Source: Haplodiscus bocki (Eukaryota). From it: DNA of 64,000 nt. The notes under the pieces were generated by a model that did not search any database, was not told the DNA's origin, and worked only from the letters and a program-made list of their open reading frames with translations. The stretch covers positions 91,636,001 to 91,700,000 of the forward strand of contig OZ296649.1 in NCBI GenBank assembly GCA_965655095.1, in the 5' to 3' direction. How positions within the stretch are numbered: position 1 is the first letter of the stretch; each line of letters begins with the position of its first letter. A program made the translations under genes and the position numbers. Positions 38,701 through 50,249 of this stretch are shown one piece after another.

Positions 38701-39734
38701 GTGACGCTATTGTCATACGGAGAATGAAGGGTAAAAGCGTTACACATTGTAATGGCTCTGATTTAGTTCACACTTGTTTGCAACGTAAAAACGGTTCTTG
38801 TAGAGGTGGTGGGGTTCGCGATGGATAAGGTTGACATTTTTTGTAAGTATAAATTGATTACCGTGTAGATCACACGTTTTGATGGAAAATACGCAAGAAT
38901 TGTTGTTTCCAAACGTTAAACGAATAGATGTATTTGGAAGTTTAATGATATTGTTCTAGTAATGAGCAAAAACGTTGTCTTTTGATTTTGTAGATCCAGT
39001 CTCAATTTTGGGTTTCGGTAATGGATACTGTAAACAGTTGCTCATTTTATCAAGAGCTTTGAAGAAATCGCACAAACTGTCGATCAAAGAACTGAGTTCA
39101 ATTTTGCAGATATTCATTTCTTCTTGGAGGAAAAAACGCTGCTGTGTCTTAAAAATCGCAAAGTTGGAACAACTTGGATGCTGAACTTTTGTTGTTGGAA
39201 CCTTTGCTAACACGTACTATTCGATGCTGGGCCTGGAATTTGTCAAAAATGTTGTGGTAAAAGTAGCTATCTACGTCTGTTTCGTCCAAAAACTTCCTGG
39301 TATTTCTTCTTAAAAAGTATAAAATTTCCATAATTTGGGACTTTGTTTTGTGACCGACATCAACTACTTTTAGTCAGTAAATCTTGGAAAATAATTTTAT
39401 TGGTAGTGTAGCGGTAGAAGCGATGCAACTTGGGAAAGAATTTCGATTTTCAGCAACGGCAACACTGGCAACGCTTTTGTTGCAGCTAATCAGGTTTTTT
39501 GTCCTTTCCGATAATTAAAAAAGAAATTGTGGTTCAATGGTTAGTTCCGTTGGATCACGAGATGTATTCGCTGATGAATGCTATTGTGCATGATGTCATT
39601 CCAATGTTTTTAACCTCCACACCTCAGTGACTGCAGTGACTGTGCATTTTTGATGTCTCTTTTCCGTTAATCCAAGTCTTTTTGATTGACAGTTGAGTCC
39701 AAATTAAACAAAAATAAGACAAACAAAAATAAAT

Positions 39735-39955
39735 TTTCAAACAAGCTGTCTCCTTATCAGGGAAACTTGTTCCAATTGAGTATTTTCTCCAGCCAATCTG
39801 TCACTTTATCAAGGAATTTGTTCCACTTGATTGATATTCGCAGACACGCCGTCTGGGGATGTTAAGCCCTTCGAGTGATTTTCTGAGACAATCTGTCACC
39901 CTATTAGTGGAACTTGTTTCAACTGAAAGGTTTTCACAAACAAGCTGTCTCATAC
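39735..39955. repeat. Four diverged CAA.CTGTC...ATCA.GGAA.TTGTT.CA.TTGA repeats upstream of polB
   Basis: Units near 39742, 39794, 39888 and 39942. Confidence 0.6.
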
Positions 39956-40208
39956 CTTCAATTAAAGTTTTTTTTATACAGTCGGTTTTAAGATGAACGA
40001 GAATGATTCACAGCTCTTGCGGTATCTTTTTTTCGGATCGGATTTTCCTTTTATGGTTGCACTATGCTTTTATGGAGTTTTCCATTCATGGAAAAAAATA
40101 TTTGGTAATACTTGCTAGAACTTGTTTGCAACTTTCATTTGCATTGCTACAGTCAATTTGATTCAGTTGCCATGTTTTTTTCAGACTATTCTGTCAAAAT
40201 CCTATTAA

Positions 40209-43200
40209 TGAACAGCCTTTGGTTATTCGAAACAAACAAAGTTACTTGTGAGAATTGTGGTACCCAAATTACCCAGCTTAATATTGACCGTCACAAGAAG
40301 AAATCTTCAGTTGAGACATTTGTATTGTACCGAGCGTCCTATTTTCTCCAAAAAATCCCAAGGGGATTTCAATTATCGTTTTGCTAAGAAACTGAATGCC
40401 CCAAAACCTGCTGTTACCTGCAAATTTAAACTTTGTTACCAAGCGCTTCCAAGATTTTACGCTTTACAACAACATACAAACACCCAGCCTGAAATTCCTA
40501 TCAAGACAGCAAATGTTGATCTTGACGATAATATAAACGAAGTGGATGAATTGAACCTCAAAGACAATTTGCGTTCATGTCATCATTTTTTGGATGATAC
40601 TGATTTTGAAAAGACGAGAGACAAAGTATTCAACTACGCAGTGGAATCTCTCAACGAAACAATCGTGAACAAAAAGCTCGATAATTTTTTCAACAATATA
40701 AAATGTGCTGCAGAAATGAATTTGGCTTTTCGGTTCAATTTCGAAAATATATAAGATGGTGGATTTAGATTCTTTCACGCACACGAAAAGAATAACCTCC
40801 TCGACCGACCGAAACTGGTGTGCACCAAGGACAACTTGGCAAAGCCAAAAGAACGTTTGAACAAAACTGACATCATTGATTTGGATAGTAGAGAAACAAT
40901 GAACACGAATTTGAGGCTCTACAAATTAAGAAAGTTGAGTTTTTTTTCAGCTCTTCCCAAAGACGTTCCTATGGGGTGTAAGAATGCAGTTTAACGCGAA
41001 CCTCTGTATAGAAATGGTACAATCAACTGTCTCAGGTATGAAGAAAATAAAAAACAACCAAATAACGATAACTTGTGCATTTTTCATGCGCTTGCTCTCC
41101 GTTTGTCGGGCACTCAACGACTGGAAGAAGAAAGTTGAAAAATCTTCAATTTCTTCATCAAAAAGAATGGAGGCACTGAGCGCCAATCAATTCCAATGAG
41201 TTCACATGAACGATATTCCTTTTGTTGAAGATCTGCTAACTCTCAACATTCTGCTGTATCACATAGATTTTGTGGATATTAGAATTATTGGAAAAATATT
41301 AGACAGAGTGTCCAGAATTACGGAAATACTGTGTTACTGCTGAGATACCACAAACACAAATGCTACGTCAACAACAATAATGCAGTCTTCCAATCTTTTC
41401 GCTGCTTTATTTGTGACACCTTTTTCAACAGAATATTCAATTCAGAGCGAAATTTCATTACATGCACTGAAGGAGTAAAAAATATCTATCCGAGGAACGT
41501 ATGTCAAATCCAGGAAACTCTATTTGACAAGCTGGAATCTTTTGGTATCAAGTACCCAAGTCAACAAAAACTCTTCAAAACTTTAGCAAAAGTCGATTTG
41601 CAATCGGTATGTTTCCAGGAAGAGACGATATGGAAGATACATAAACAACAACTCGGATAGGAAATCATGTACCAATTTCAGTATCCATTTCTTCGAAACT
41701 TGTTGAAGAACCAATTTTTCTCTTGAACTCCGATGCTCATCAGATCGTTGCAACTTTCACTGGAGCACTGGAAAGACTGGCGTCGCAAAGTAAAGCACAA
41801 ATAGAACTTTTATTCGCTGTTATCGAAACAACAATGTGGACTACACTGGGCAGCATCTTGGAAAAACTCATCCATTGTCCCAATTGACGAGAGCAGGCGA
41901 GAACGTTTGACACGAGTGAAAACACGATGATTGTGATAACAACATTTGTGCCTCAACTCAATTCTTACGTATACAAAGCAATCAAATGATTGATCTTCAG
42001 GACTCTCTGGAACGTTATTGCAAGGTTTTACCTGTTTCTGGTTGCAACAGTTTAAAATATGATCTCACTTTAATTAAATCCTGTTTGCTAACCATTCTTG
42101 TTAACTAACGAGATTTTGAACCTAATTTCTTCAAGAAAGTGAACCAAATTATCTCGATCAGGTTTGTTGATATTCAGATATTCGATATAAATGTTTTTCA
42201 AGGTGGAGCAACAAGTCTTGATCCGTTCCTGAATTTATACAAAACATCAGAAAAGAAAAGTTACTTCCCTTACGAATTGTTTGATCACCCTGAAAAAATG
42301 CAGAATACGGAATTTTTTCCGTATGACGCGTTTTACAGCGGACTTCGTAGTTTTAAACATCTTGAAGCAGAAAACACGGAGTTTGTTAATCTATTTAGAA
42401 GTGGATTGAGTACAGAACAAGACGTTGTCAAATTAAAACTATCAAAACCACCCCTTTGTGGGATTGAGAAATATGAATATCTGCAACAAAAAAGGAAGCA
42501 GTAACAAATGAACGCATTCAGAGATTCTTTGCTATGGTATAATAACAAAAATGTTGTGCCAATTTTGGAGCCAGTGCAAAACATGATTTCCTTTTACCAC
42601 GACAAAGATGTCGATATGTTGAAGCTTGGTTGTCTATTACCAAACCTGGCCAACATCTGCCTACAGAAGTCTACAGATGCAAAATTTTGTCCCTTCATGG
42701 AAGCAGGCAAAGACCTATTGGAGAAAAGTCGAAAAGATGTTGTTGGTGGACCATCTATCGTTTTCTACGTAAACCAGTCGTGGATGAAACTTTCTTTCGG
42801 AAATCGACGAACTTATGCAAATCTATTGTCGGGGTTGATTCTAGCCAGCTATACCCCTACTCGGTGTGTCAACCCATGTCGACCGGTCTTTGTACACGTT
42901 GCGAATTCGATTCAGAAACCTGCAGGTTCACACCTCGACAAAACAAGACACACAGCTTTGATAATATGCTCATCTCCTATTTTCAACGAATAAGATCAGA
43001 TTGTAAAACTGGAAGCTTCTGTAAAACAAGCAGACAAAACAAAATTGACTGCTCTAGTGTTGATGGGATTTGTTTGATTTGCAACACTGTGTTTGAATCC
43101 ATGGGTTGCTTCTAACACTTTTGTCCCTGTCAAGAAGTGCGTCCAACCCTCAGTGAATAGGGTATCCAACATAACAGTAAGAATAGAAAGCCCGATGCTT

Positions 43201-44535
43201 TGAGAGGACACTATATAGAAGAGAAAGGCTTAAATGTTATTGAAACTTGGGAGTGTGAATGATGGAGACTGAACCAAATAACCAAAACTGTTAAACAATC
43301 TTTCCTAGAACACTTTCCATAGAGGCGTTCACTTCCAGTTCAGCAACTATGAGAAGAGATAGAGAAAAGAAAAACATTTGGCTACGTTCAGTGCGATATT
43401 GAAGTACCAGAAAATTTGAGATTAAAATTTGCTACCTCTCTTCCAATCTTCAAGAACAGCATGGCTAACAAGAATGATATGGGGGGCCTAATGAAAAGTT
43501 TTGCCGAAGAAGAAGGAATATTGCTTCAACCTCGAAAAATGTTGATATCAGGCTTCACATTACAAAATGGAACACTTATTACTCCTGTGCTATTGTTTTA
43601 TCTTCAAATGGCTCTTGTTTGCACAAGAATACACTTTGCACGCTTTGCACCGTCAGCAGTGGACGCAAGAAGACAAAGTGACGAGAATCCAAATACAAGT
43701 GTCGTCACAGGGACATCAAAGCTTCTCACCAATAGCTCTTACGGTTACGAGATCATATCATGGATTGGAATCCACACAGTGTGACGGAGTACTTCAGCGA
43801 CGAGAAGACATATGCCGCTATCAATAGTTAACTCTTTAGGAAGCTAGATCACTTCAACAAAGCATTATACGAAGTTGAACTCGCCAAAGCACAAATTGAA
43901 CATCAAGAACGAATCAGTGTCGGATTTTTTATTCTTCAATAGGCAAAATCACGAATGCTGGAACTGTACTACAACTCTTTTACCAAGTTTTGTTATGTAA
44001 AAATTTCGAAGAGTTGGAAATGAACACTGATTCTCTACATCTTGCTCTTGCAGAGGAAAAACTGGAAGACTGCATGCGACCTGAAATGAAAGCAGAGTGA
44101 AAACTATTGTGATCAAAAGACTATACTGATAGTTTCATTGCTGAAGCCTTTGATTTTTTTCCTCCCGAGTGTGCTGTGGCAAGCACAAAAAACATGACAA
44201 GAGAGAGCCTGATCTTTTCAAAGAGGAGTTCAGATGTTCGGAAATGCTGTCTCTTTGTAGAAAATTTACTGCTGCTGGGACAAAACCTCTAACACACGTT
44301 GAAATTCAGCAGAAAAGGCCTCAATAAGCAAATACTAAAGCAGAACGATGATAGTCCTCAAGCAAAACATCGCAAAGTTCTTGATGATGAAGTGAATAAT
44401 ACATCAACAAATCGAAGTTTTCAGAGGAACCACACATATTCAACTCATGAACAAACTAAACGAGGATTATCGTACTTTTATCCCAAAAAAATAGTAGAGA
44501 ACTATAGAAATCACACGCATTCAGTGAACTCGTAA
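40209..44535 (+). pseudogene. polB: Polinton B protein-primed family B DNA polymerase with N-terminal Zn finger and VSR-like insert
   Basis: CENCG..RHKK Zn finger, ExoII GCNSLKYD, KSYFPYE, ExoIII WYNNKNV, DVVGGPS, motif A VGVDSSQLYPY, VDG...VFESMGCF*HFC...WECE insert, motif B KLLTNSSYG, motif C EMNTDS and C-terminal KRGLSYFYPK. Confidence 0.93.
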
Positions 44536-44798
44536 CTTTGTTTTTCTATGAATAATAGTTTGTGTGGTGTTTTCCGCTTTATACTACTTTTTAATTAAAC
44601 TTTTCAGTGAAGTCAATTGCTTTTTGCTTGGACACAACCAGATTACGCACGCTTAATTTCATTTCGGTTGTTTGGAGGTCTTTTAGTCTCAAAAATTTCA
44701 TGTAATTTTGCAGGTTATACATTGTGTTTGTTAGTTTTATACACTAAAATTAACTTTTTTTAGACTTTAATACAAGATTTTTAAATAGCATTAAAAAG

Positions 44799-45264
44799 CA
44801 ACAGTATCCGCAGGCGTTATAATTAACCGCGGGAGTCATAATTATTCTGCGCCGTGATATTTATACGCAGGGGCCCTGGAAAATGTTCAAAAAATTTTTC
44901 TCGAAAAAGTCTCACAGTGCCGAAAGTGAATCCACTCCCTATCTTTATACTTTGCGAAACCCTATATCCTATACTAATACATTGCCGATCACCCTTTCCT
45001 ATCTTAATACATTACCGAACACACTCGGCTCAAGCCCAAAACCGAAAAGTTGTCGGCAGTCAATCAGATTCGAGGGCGAAAAACCCTTAAATTTCGTCGG
45101 CCAATCAGAATTGAGTATTAAGTCACCCCAAAAACACCCGAGAGCTCTCGGTAAGGTGGAAAACCCTTCCCAGGTCTTGGCTCTTGTCGGCTCGCTTCAG
45201 CCTATCCTAATACATAGGGTCTTCCACCCCCCCTCCCGTCAGCTCTGCTCACACATGTACTACT
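44799..45264 (-). repeat. Right terminal inverted repeat of Polinton B
   Basis: Reverse complement of 26559-27009. Ends ACATGTACTACT, followed by TSD AATGAC. Confidence 0.95.
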
Positions 45265-45763
45265 AATGACCACTGCAGCGCATCCGAATTATTACACAAG
45301 GGCAGTTACCAGCGCTAGCTGTAGTGCATCCGGATATCAGCCCGACAAGGGAGAACTAAACAGTTTGCAGCATATGAAAATAATTCGCAGGCCACATGTG
45401 CTAAAAGGCAGAAATTTAGTAAAAATGTCAACAAAACCAAAAAACTTGGCTCCAAAAATAGCATAAATTAGGCTTCCCAAAACTAAACATGCTGTATAGC
45501 AGAGAGTTGGACGACTAATAAAGGCCAAAAATAGTATCAGGTTTTTTATCACCTCGCCTCTATCAGTCGCTTGGTACACATGACCAAACTTGAAAAAAAG
45601 TTCATACTGAAAGTTTTGGCTGACCTTGTCGTTAAAACTGAGACATGAGATCTGCTGTGTGTCGAAACCTGGATATGACGACGTTGGTGAATTAATCGAC
45701 ACGCTCCCTTTACTACTATGAGTGACTTCGCTAGGTTCTCTTACTCACTTTATTACTTGCCGT

Positions 45764-45981
45764 GGATCTTTTCTGTTAATCCCCTCCCTCCCTCACCCCC
45801 CCCCCCCAGTCGAAGCTCAAATTTTAACCCCCCCCCTTCCCCCCACGCAGAAACAAACTCGTCTCTGATTGACTCGCGCGTGAGTTAAAACATTACGCCG
45901 TTTATTATTTCGCACATCCATTATGGTGTGGGGGGGGGGAGTTAAATCAGTGGGGAGAGGGGCAGTTAACAGAAAAGATCC
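45764..45981. mobile_element. MITE copy 1 (TIR GGATCTTTTCTGTTAA)
   Basis: Perfect 16-bp terminal inverted repeats. Confidence 0.85.
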
Positions 45982-46053
45982 TAAATTTCACTGATGTAGA
46001 AAGATGTATGAATACAGTTGATGCGTGGTTCTCCACAACACAAATACGGTAAG

Positions 46054-46181
46054 GGATCTTTTCTGTTAACTCTCCCCACTGATTTAACTCACGGCGTAAT
46101 GTTTTAACTCGCGCGCGAGTGAATTTTAGCCAATCAGAGACGAGTTCGCTTTTGCGTGGGGGGGATTAACAGAAAAGATCC
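46054..46181. mobile_element. MITE copy 2, inverted relative to copy 1
   Basis: Same 16-bp TIRs. The interior is the reverse complement of copy 1 with indels. Confidence 0.85.
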
Positions 46182-46548
46182 GAAATTTATTCTTTGATTT
46201 AGTATCTCAGAACGCAAAGAATTATTATCCTGCCTTGAAATCCGTCGAATATGCTATCGCCAACATCAGTGAATTGTCTAGGGGTATTTCCGATTATATC
46301 TTCTCTATTTTAAACAGTGTGGCCTTCAGTGTGAACAAAAAATTCGGAACGTTCACAGTGAAGTTTATGAATGGTTATGTCAGTGCTGAGGTTTTTTCGG
46401 GTTACGATGGCAAGCAAAAATATTGACAGATTGATACCATCTCAGTAAAATATGTGATAATGTCACACTATCGGTTTGTGGCAACTCGCAGTAGCAATGT
46501 TCACTGCCTGGTTGGTTAAGTGATTAATGGTTAATTGGTAATATGGTC

Positions 46549-49115
46549 GGATTTTGGCCGATTTCTGAACGAGTCCTTCTGGCCAAATTATCGACCGCGC
46601 CAATGCCAATGAATTTTGTCCAAGTGTATGCTCCGACAGCAACATCAACAGATAGTGAGATCGAGGCATTTTACGATGATGTCAAAACAGCCATTAACAA
46701 ATGCAAATCCAGAGATATCACAATGGTCATTGGTGACTGGAATGCGAAAGTAGGCAATAAAGAATCCTGTAGTGCCGTGTGACCTTTCGGACTGGATGAA
46801 AGAAATGAAAAAGGTGACAGATTTATTGAATGGTGCGAGGATCACAGAATGGTCATCAGCAACACATGGTTCCAAAATCGAAAAAGTAGATTGTATACAT
46901 GGCGAAGCCCTGGTGATCGCACAAGAAACCAAATCGATTATATATGTGTGAACGAAAGATGGAGAAATTCCATCCTGGACTGCAAAACATACCCTGGGGC
47001 GGACATCGGAAGTGATCACAATCCAGTTGTTGCAAAGGTGAGAGTGATTTTGAAAAAGACAAAAGCAACTGAATTGAGACGCAGGAGGGATTATCAGTCT
47101 ATTGATCCTGCTACCCGTCATGAAATAGAACACTTTGGAAGACAGATATGGACACACGAAGATAGAGAAACGAAAGAAACCACATGGGAGAAATTCAAAC
47201 GTGTTTGTCATCTAGTAGATGAAAAATTTGTGCCTGTACGTAAACAACACAAAAACGGGTGGATCACTGAAGAGATCCTAAAATTGATGGAAAAACGAAG
47301 GAAAGTTAAATTTGACGACAGAGGATACAAAGAAATAGACCGCATCATCAAACGAAAATGTATGGAGGAAAAATGAAGTATTATAACGCGCAATGTAACG
47401 AAATTGAATTGACTGAAAAATATATGCCAGGAGATCACCATCAAAGAATACAACAAGTAACCGGTAAGAAATGGAAAAATCGAAAGGTTTCGAACGTGTT
47501 AAAGGACAAAGAAGGAAACATCATGATTGAAAAAGATCAAATTATTGAACGATGGAGAGAATACATTGAAGAACTGTATAGTGACGATGAACGACTGCAA
47601 GAAACGATAAAGTTCGAGGGCGAATTGACTGGTAATAAAATTGAAAAAGATGAAATAGTGAAAGCTTTGAATACAATGAAGACGGACAAAACGATTGGAA
47701 ATGATGAAATACCTGTCGAAACGATCAGAAATCTGGGCAACACTGGTTTAGATATGCTACAGAAACTGTTTAACGAGGTATATGAAAGTGGAAAATGGGA
47801 TAATGAGATGATGGAATCAACGTTTATACCGTTACCAAAGAAACCAAAAGCAATTGACTGTAGTAACTTCAGGACTATTAGCATAATGAATCACTCGACG
47901 AAAATATTATTGCGAATCATTATAAATAGAATGAAAAATGCCATTCATGCAGAAGTCAATGAATGCCAGTACGGCTTCATGCCGGATAAAGGAACTCGAA
48001 ACGCCGTGTATGTACTCAACCGGATCGCAGAAAGAAGTAAACAAGTACAGAAAAAGGTGTTCTGCTGCTTTATTGATTACACAAAGGCGTTCGACCGAGT
48101 CCAACACAACATATTATTTGAGATTTTGAGTGATCTAGACGTTAACGACAAAGACATCCGACTAATGCACAACCTTTATTTCGGACAAAAAGCGAATATC
48201 CGAGTCTGTAATACGAAGTCAGAAAATGTGGATATAAAGAAGGGAGTGAAACAAGGATGCGTTGAATCGCCAGATCTGCTTTCTTTATATTCGGAGGTGA
48301 TAATGAGAGCAATAGACAGAGAAAATGGAGTCAACATCGGAGGCCATAATATAACCAATATCCGATTCGCAGACGATACAGTTTTAACAGCAAATACAGC
48401 AGACGATCTACAGATTCTACTGGAAAAAACCAACGCGAAATGTAGAAAGTTTGGAATGGAGATAAATACGAAAAAAACGGTCATCATGGTACTAAACGGA
48501 GATGGAAAAGTGAAAACAGAGATCAAACTAAATGGTGAAGTTCTTAAAGAAGTGGAAAAATTCAAATACCTGGGAAACTGGATAACGACTAATGGAGGAC
48601 ACATGACTGATATTAAATGTCGAATTGCCAAAACGAAAATAGCTTTTGCGGACATGAAAAATATACTAGCTAATCTTAAAATGCCGTTTGACTTGAGATA
48701 CCGAATTTTGAATTGTTATGTCATGCCTATACTTCTGTACGGATGTGAAAATTGGATATTAAACCAACAACAAATTAAAAGACTGGAAGCGACCGAAATG
48801 TGGTTTATACGGCGAATGCAAAAGATCAGCTGGAAAGAAAAGAAGACAAACGAACAGGTACTCAGAGAAACTATCGGAAAACGAAAATTAATACAAAAAA
48901 TTGTGCAGCGACAAGTGTCATTTTTTGGACACGTTATGAGAAAAGGACAACTGGAAAACATCGTAACAACAGCAAAAATAAATGGAAAACGGAAGAGAGG
49001 AAAACCATCGATCCAGTATATGGATCAAATTAAAAAATGGACCCAGCAAGATTCCATCGAGAGCCTGATGTCGAAAATTTACGAACGGACTTTATTGGTT
49101 GCCCAAGTCTATTGA
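46549..49115 (+). pseudogene. LINE ORF: APE endonuclease plus reverse transcriptase, with one nonsense codon and one frameshift
   Basis: VQVYAPT, GDWNAKVG, QIDYI and SDHNPV (APE). FRTISIMN, FIDYTKAFD, GVKQGC, RFADD and FKYLG (RT). In-frame TGA at 46780-46782 and a frameshift near 47370. Confidence 0.95.
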
Positions 49116-49144
49116 CAAGGCACGCAAAGAAGAAGAAGAAGAAG
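46549..49144 (+). mobile_element. 5'-truncated RTE-clade non-LTR retrotransposon (LINE)
   Basis: Single APE+RT ORF, very short 3' UTR, (GAA)n tail, and TSD AATATGGTC at 46540-46548 and 49145-49153. Confidence 0.95.
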
Positions 49145-50249
49145 AATATGGTCACAGTAGAAACTGTCGATTGAACGTCAATTCGTCATTTCCTTGTTCC
49201 ACGCATTCACTCCATGGCTGCTAACGGATAACTGTACTATTGCTTGCTGATTTGGAAGCTTCTTGCCCAGCATAATTTATGCATCGATGATCATGGTGAT
49301 GTTTGTTTGCAGTGTATTTTTTACTATATACTGATGTAATTTAGCATCAGTGTTTGATTTCATGTTTCTAGTTTCTTTTTGTCGGTGGTCCGATTCTGAA
49401 ACTTCAATGCAGCGATTGATGTCTCATTTTCTGCTGCGTCCGTTTTATAAATCACCGTCGAGTTGCTGGCATGCTGGCGCGATCTTAATTTGTCGAAATT
49501 GTTTGTTCTGTATTCCTGTTTGTGTGGTAAATTGGGTTGTACAGCATTGTCAAGTCGTCGATTTATTAATTCATTTATCTCGTTTTCAATATATTTCTGT
49601 GTTGCTTCGGCGTTGGGAAAAAAATAGCGACTCTCTTGTGTTGGAACAAAGATGGGTCAAATGCCAAGAAGCAACGAATAAACATTGTTTTGGATTTTCA
49701 AATTCACTGTTATCCTAAACTAAAAGCTGGATTTTTTTCATCAACGTCTGAATTGAGAACTTTCTACTTGTAGGAGAACATTTTAAGAGAAATCATTCAT
49801 TTACGGCCCGAACAAAACGAAAAGTGCATAGAATACTGATTTTTCTCGACGTCCATACTCCACATTCTCCAAAATCGCCAGATGGATATCTCACATTAAC
49901 ATGCCAATCGAAGGTTGCAGCTGGCAACAGAATATTAGTTCAGAAAATTATCTATTTTGCTCTTTGCAACTGATAGGCAGAAAAACTACAAAAAGCAATT
50001 AGTAAAGATTTTTCTCAACAATTAGGCTCATTTTCCTCCAAAACGAGCAAAATGACTCTTGCAATAAAAAAATCTGCAACGTTACTATTGTCCTAGAAAA
50101 GCCCAAACATACAAGAAGCGCATCCAGATTGCGATATGTTCCGTCAATGGGTGCATAGAAGATTGATCGAACATACAAGAAATCAGGTTTACGAAAAATA
50201 CCCATTCTTGACGAAATTATCTCAACGGAGACCTTGTCAAAAAAATTCC

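Larger units (their letters stand above)
26559..45264. mobile_element. Full-length decayed Polinton/Maverick element B (~18.7 kb including a gap)
   Basis: Long TIRs, right terminus ...ACTACT, left terminus ACAAGT (decayed AGTAGT), 6-bp TSD AATGAC at 26553-26558 and 45265-45270, and a full core gene set. Confidence 0.96.

Noticed and set aside
44854-45266. 127-aa ORF in the right TIR and its mirror at 26657-26857
   Set aside because: Incidental frames in TIR sequence. The similarity only reflects the inverted repeat.
46645-48961. Several minus-strand ORFs over the LINE
   Set aside because: Antisense shadows of the RT ORF.
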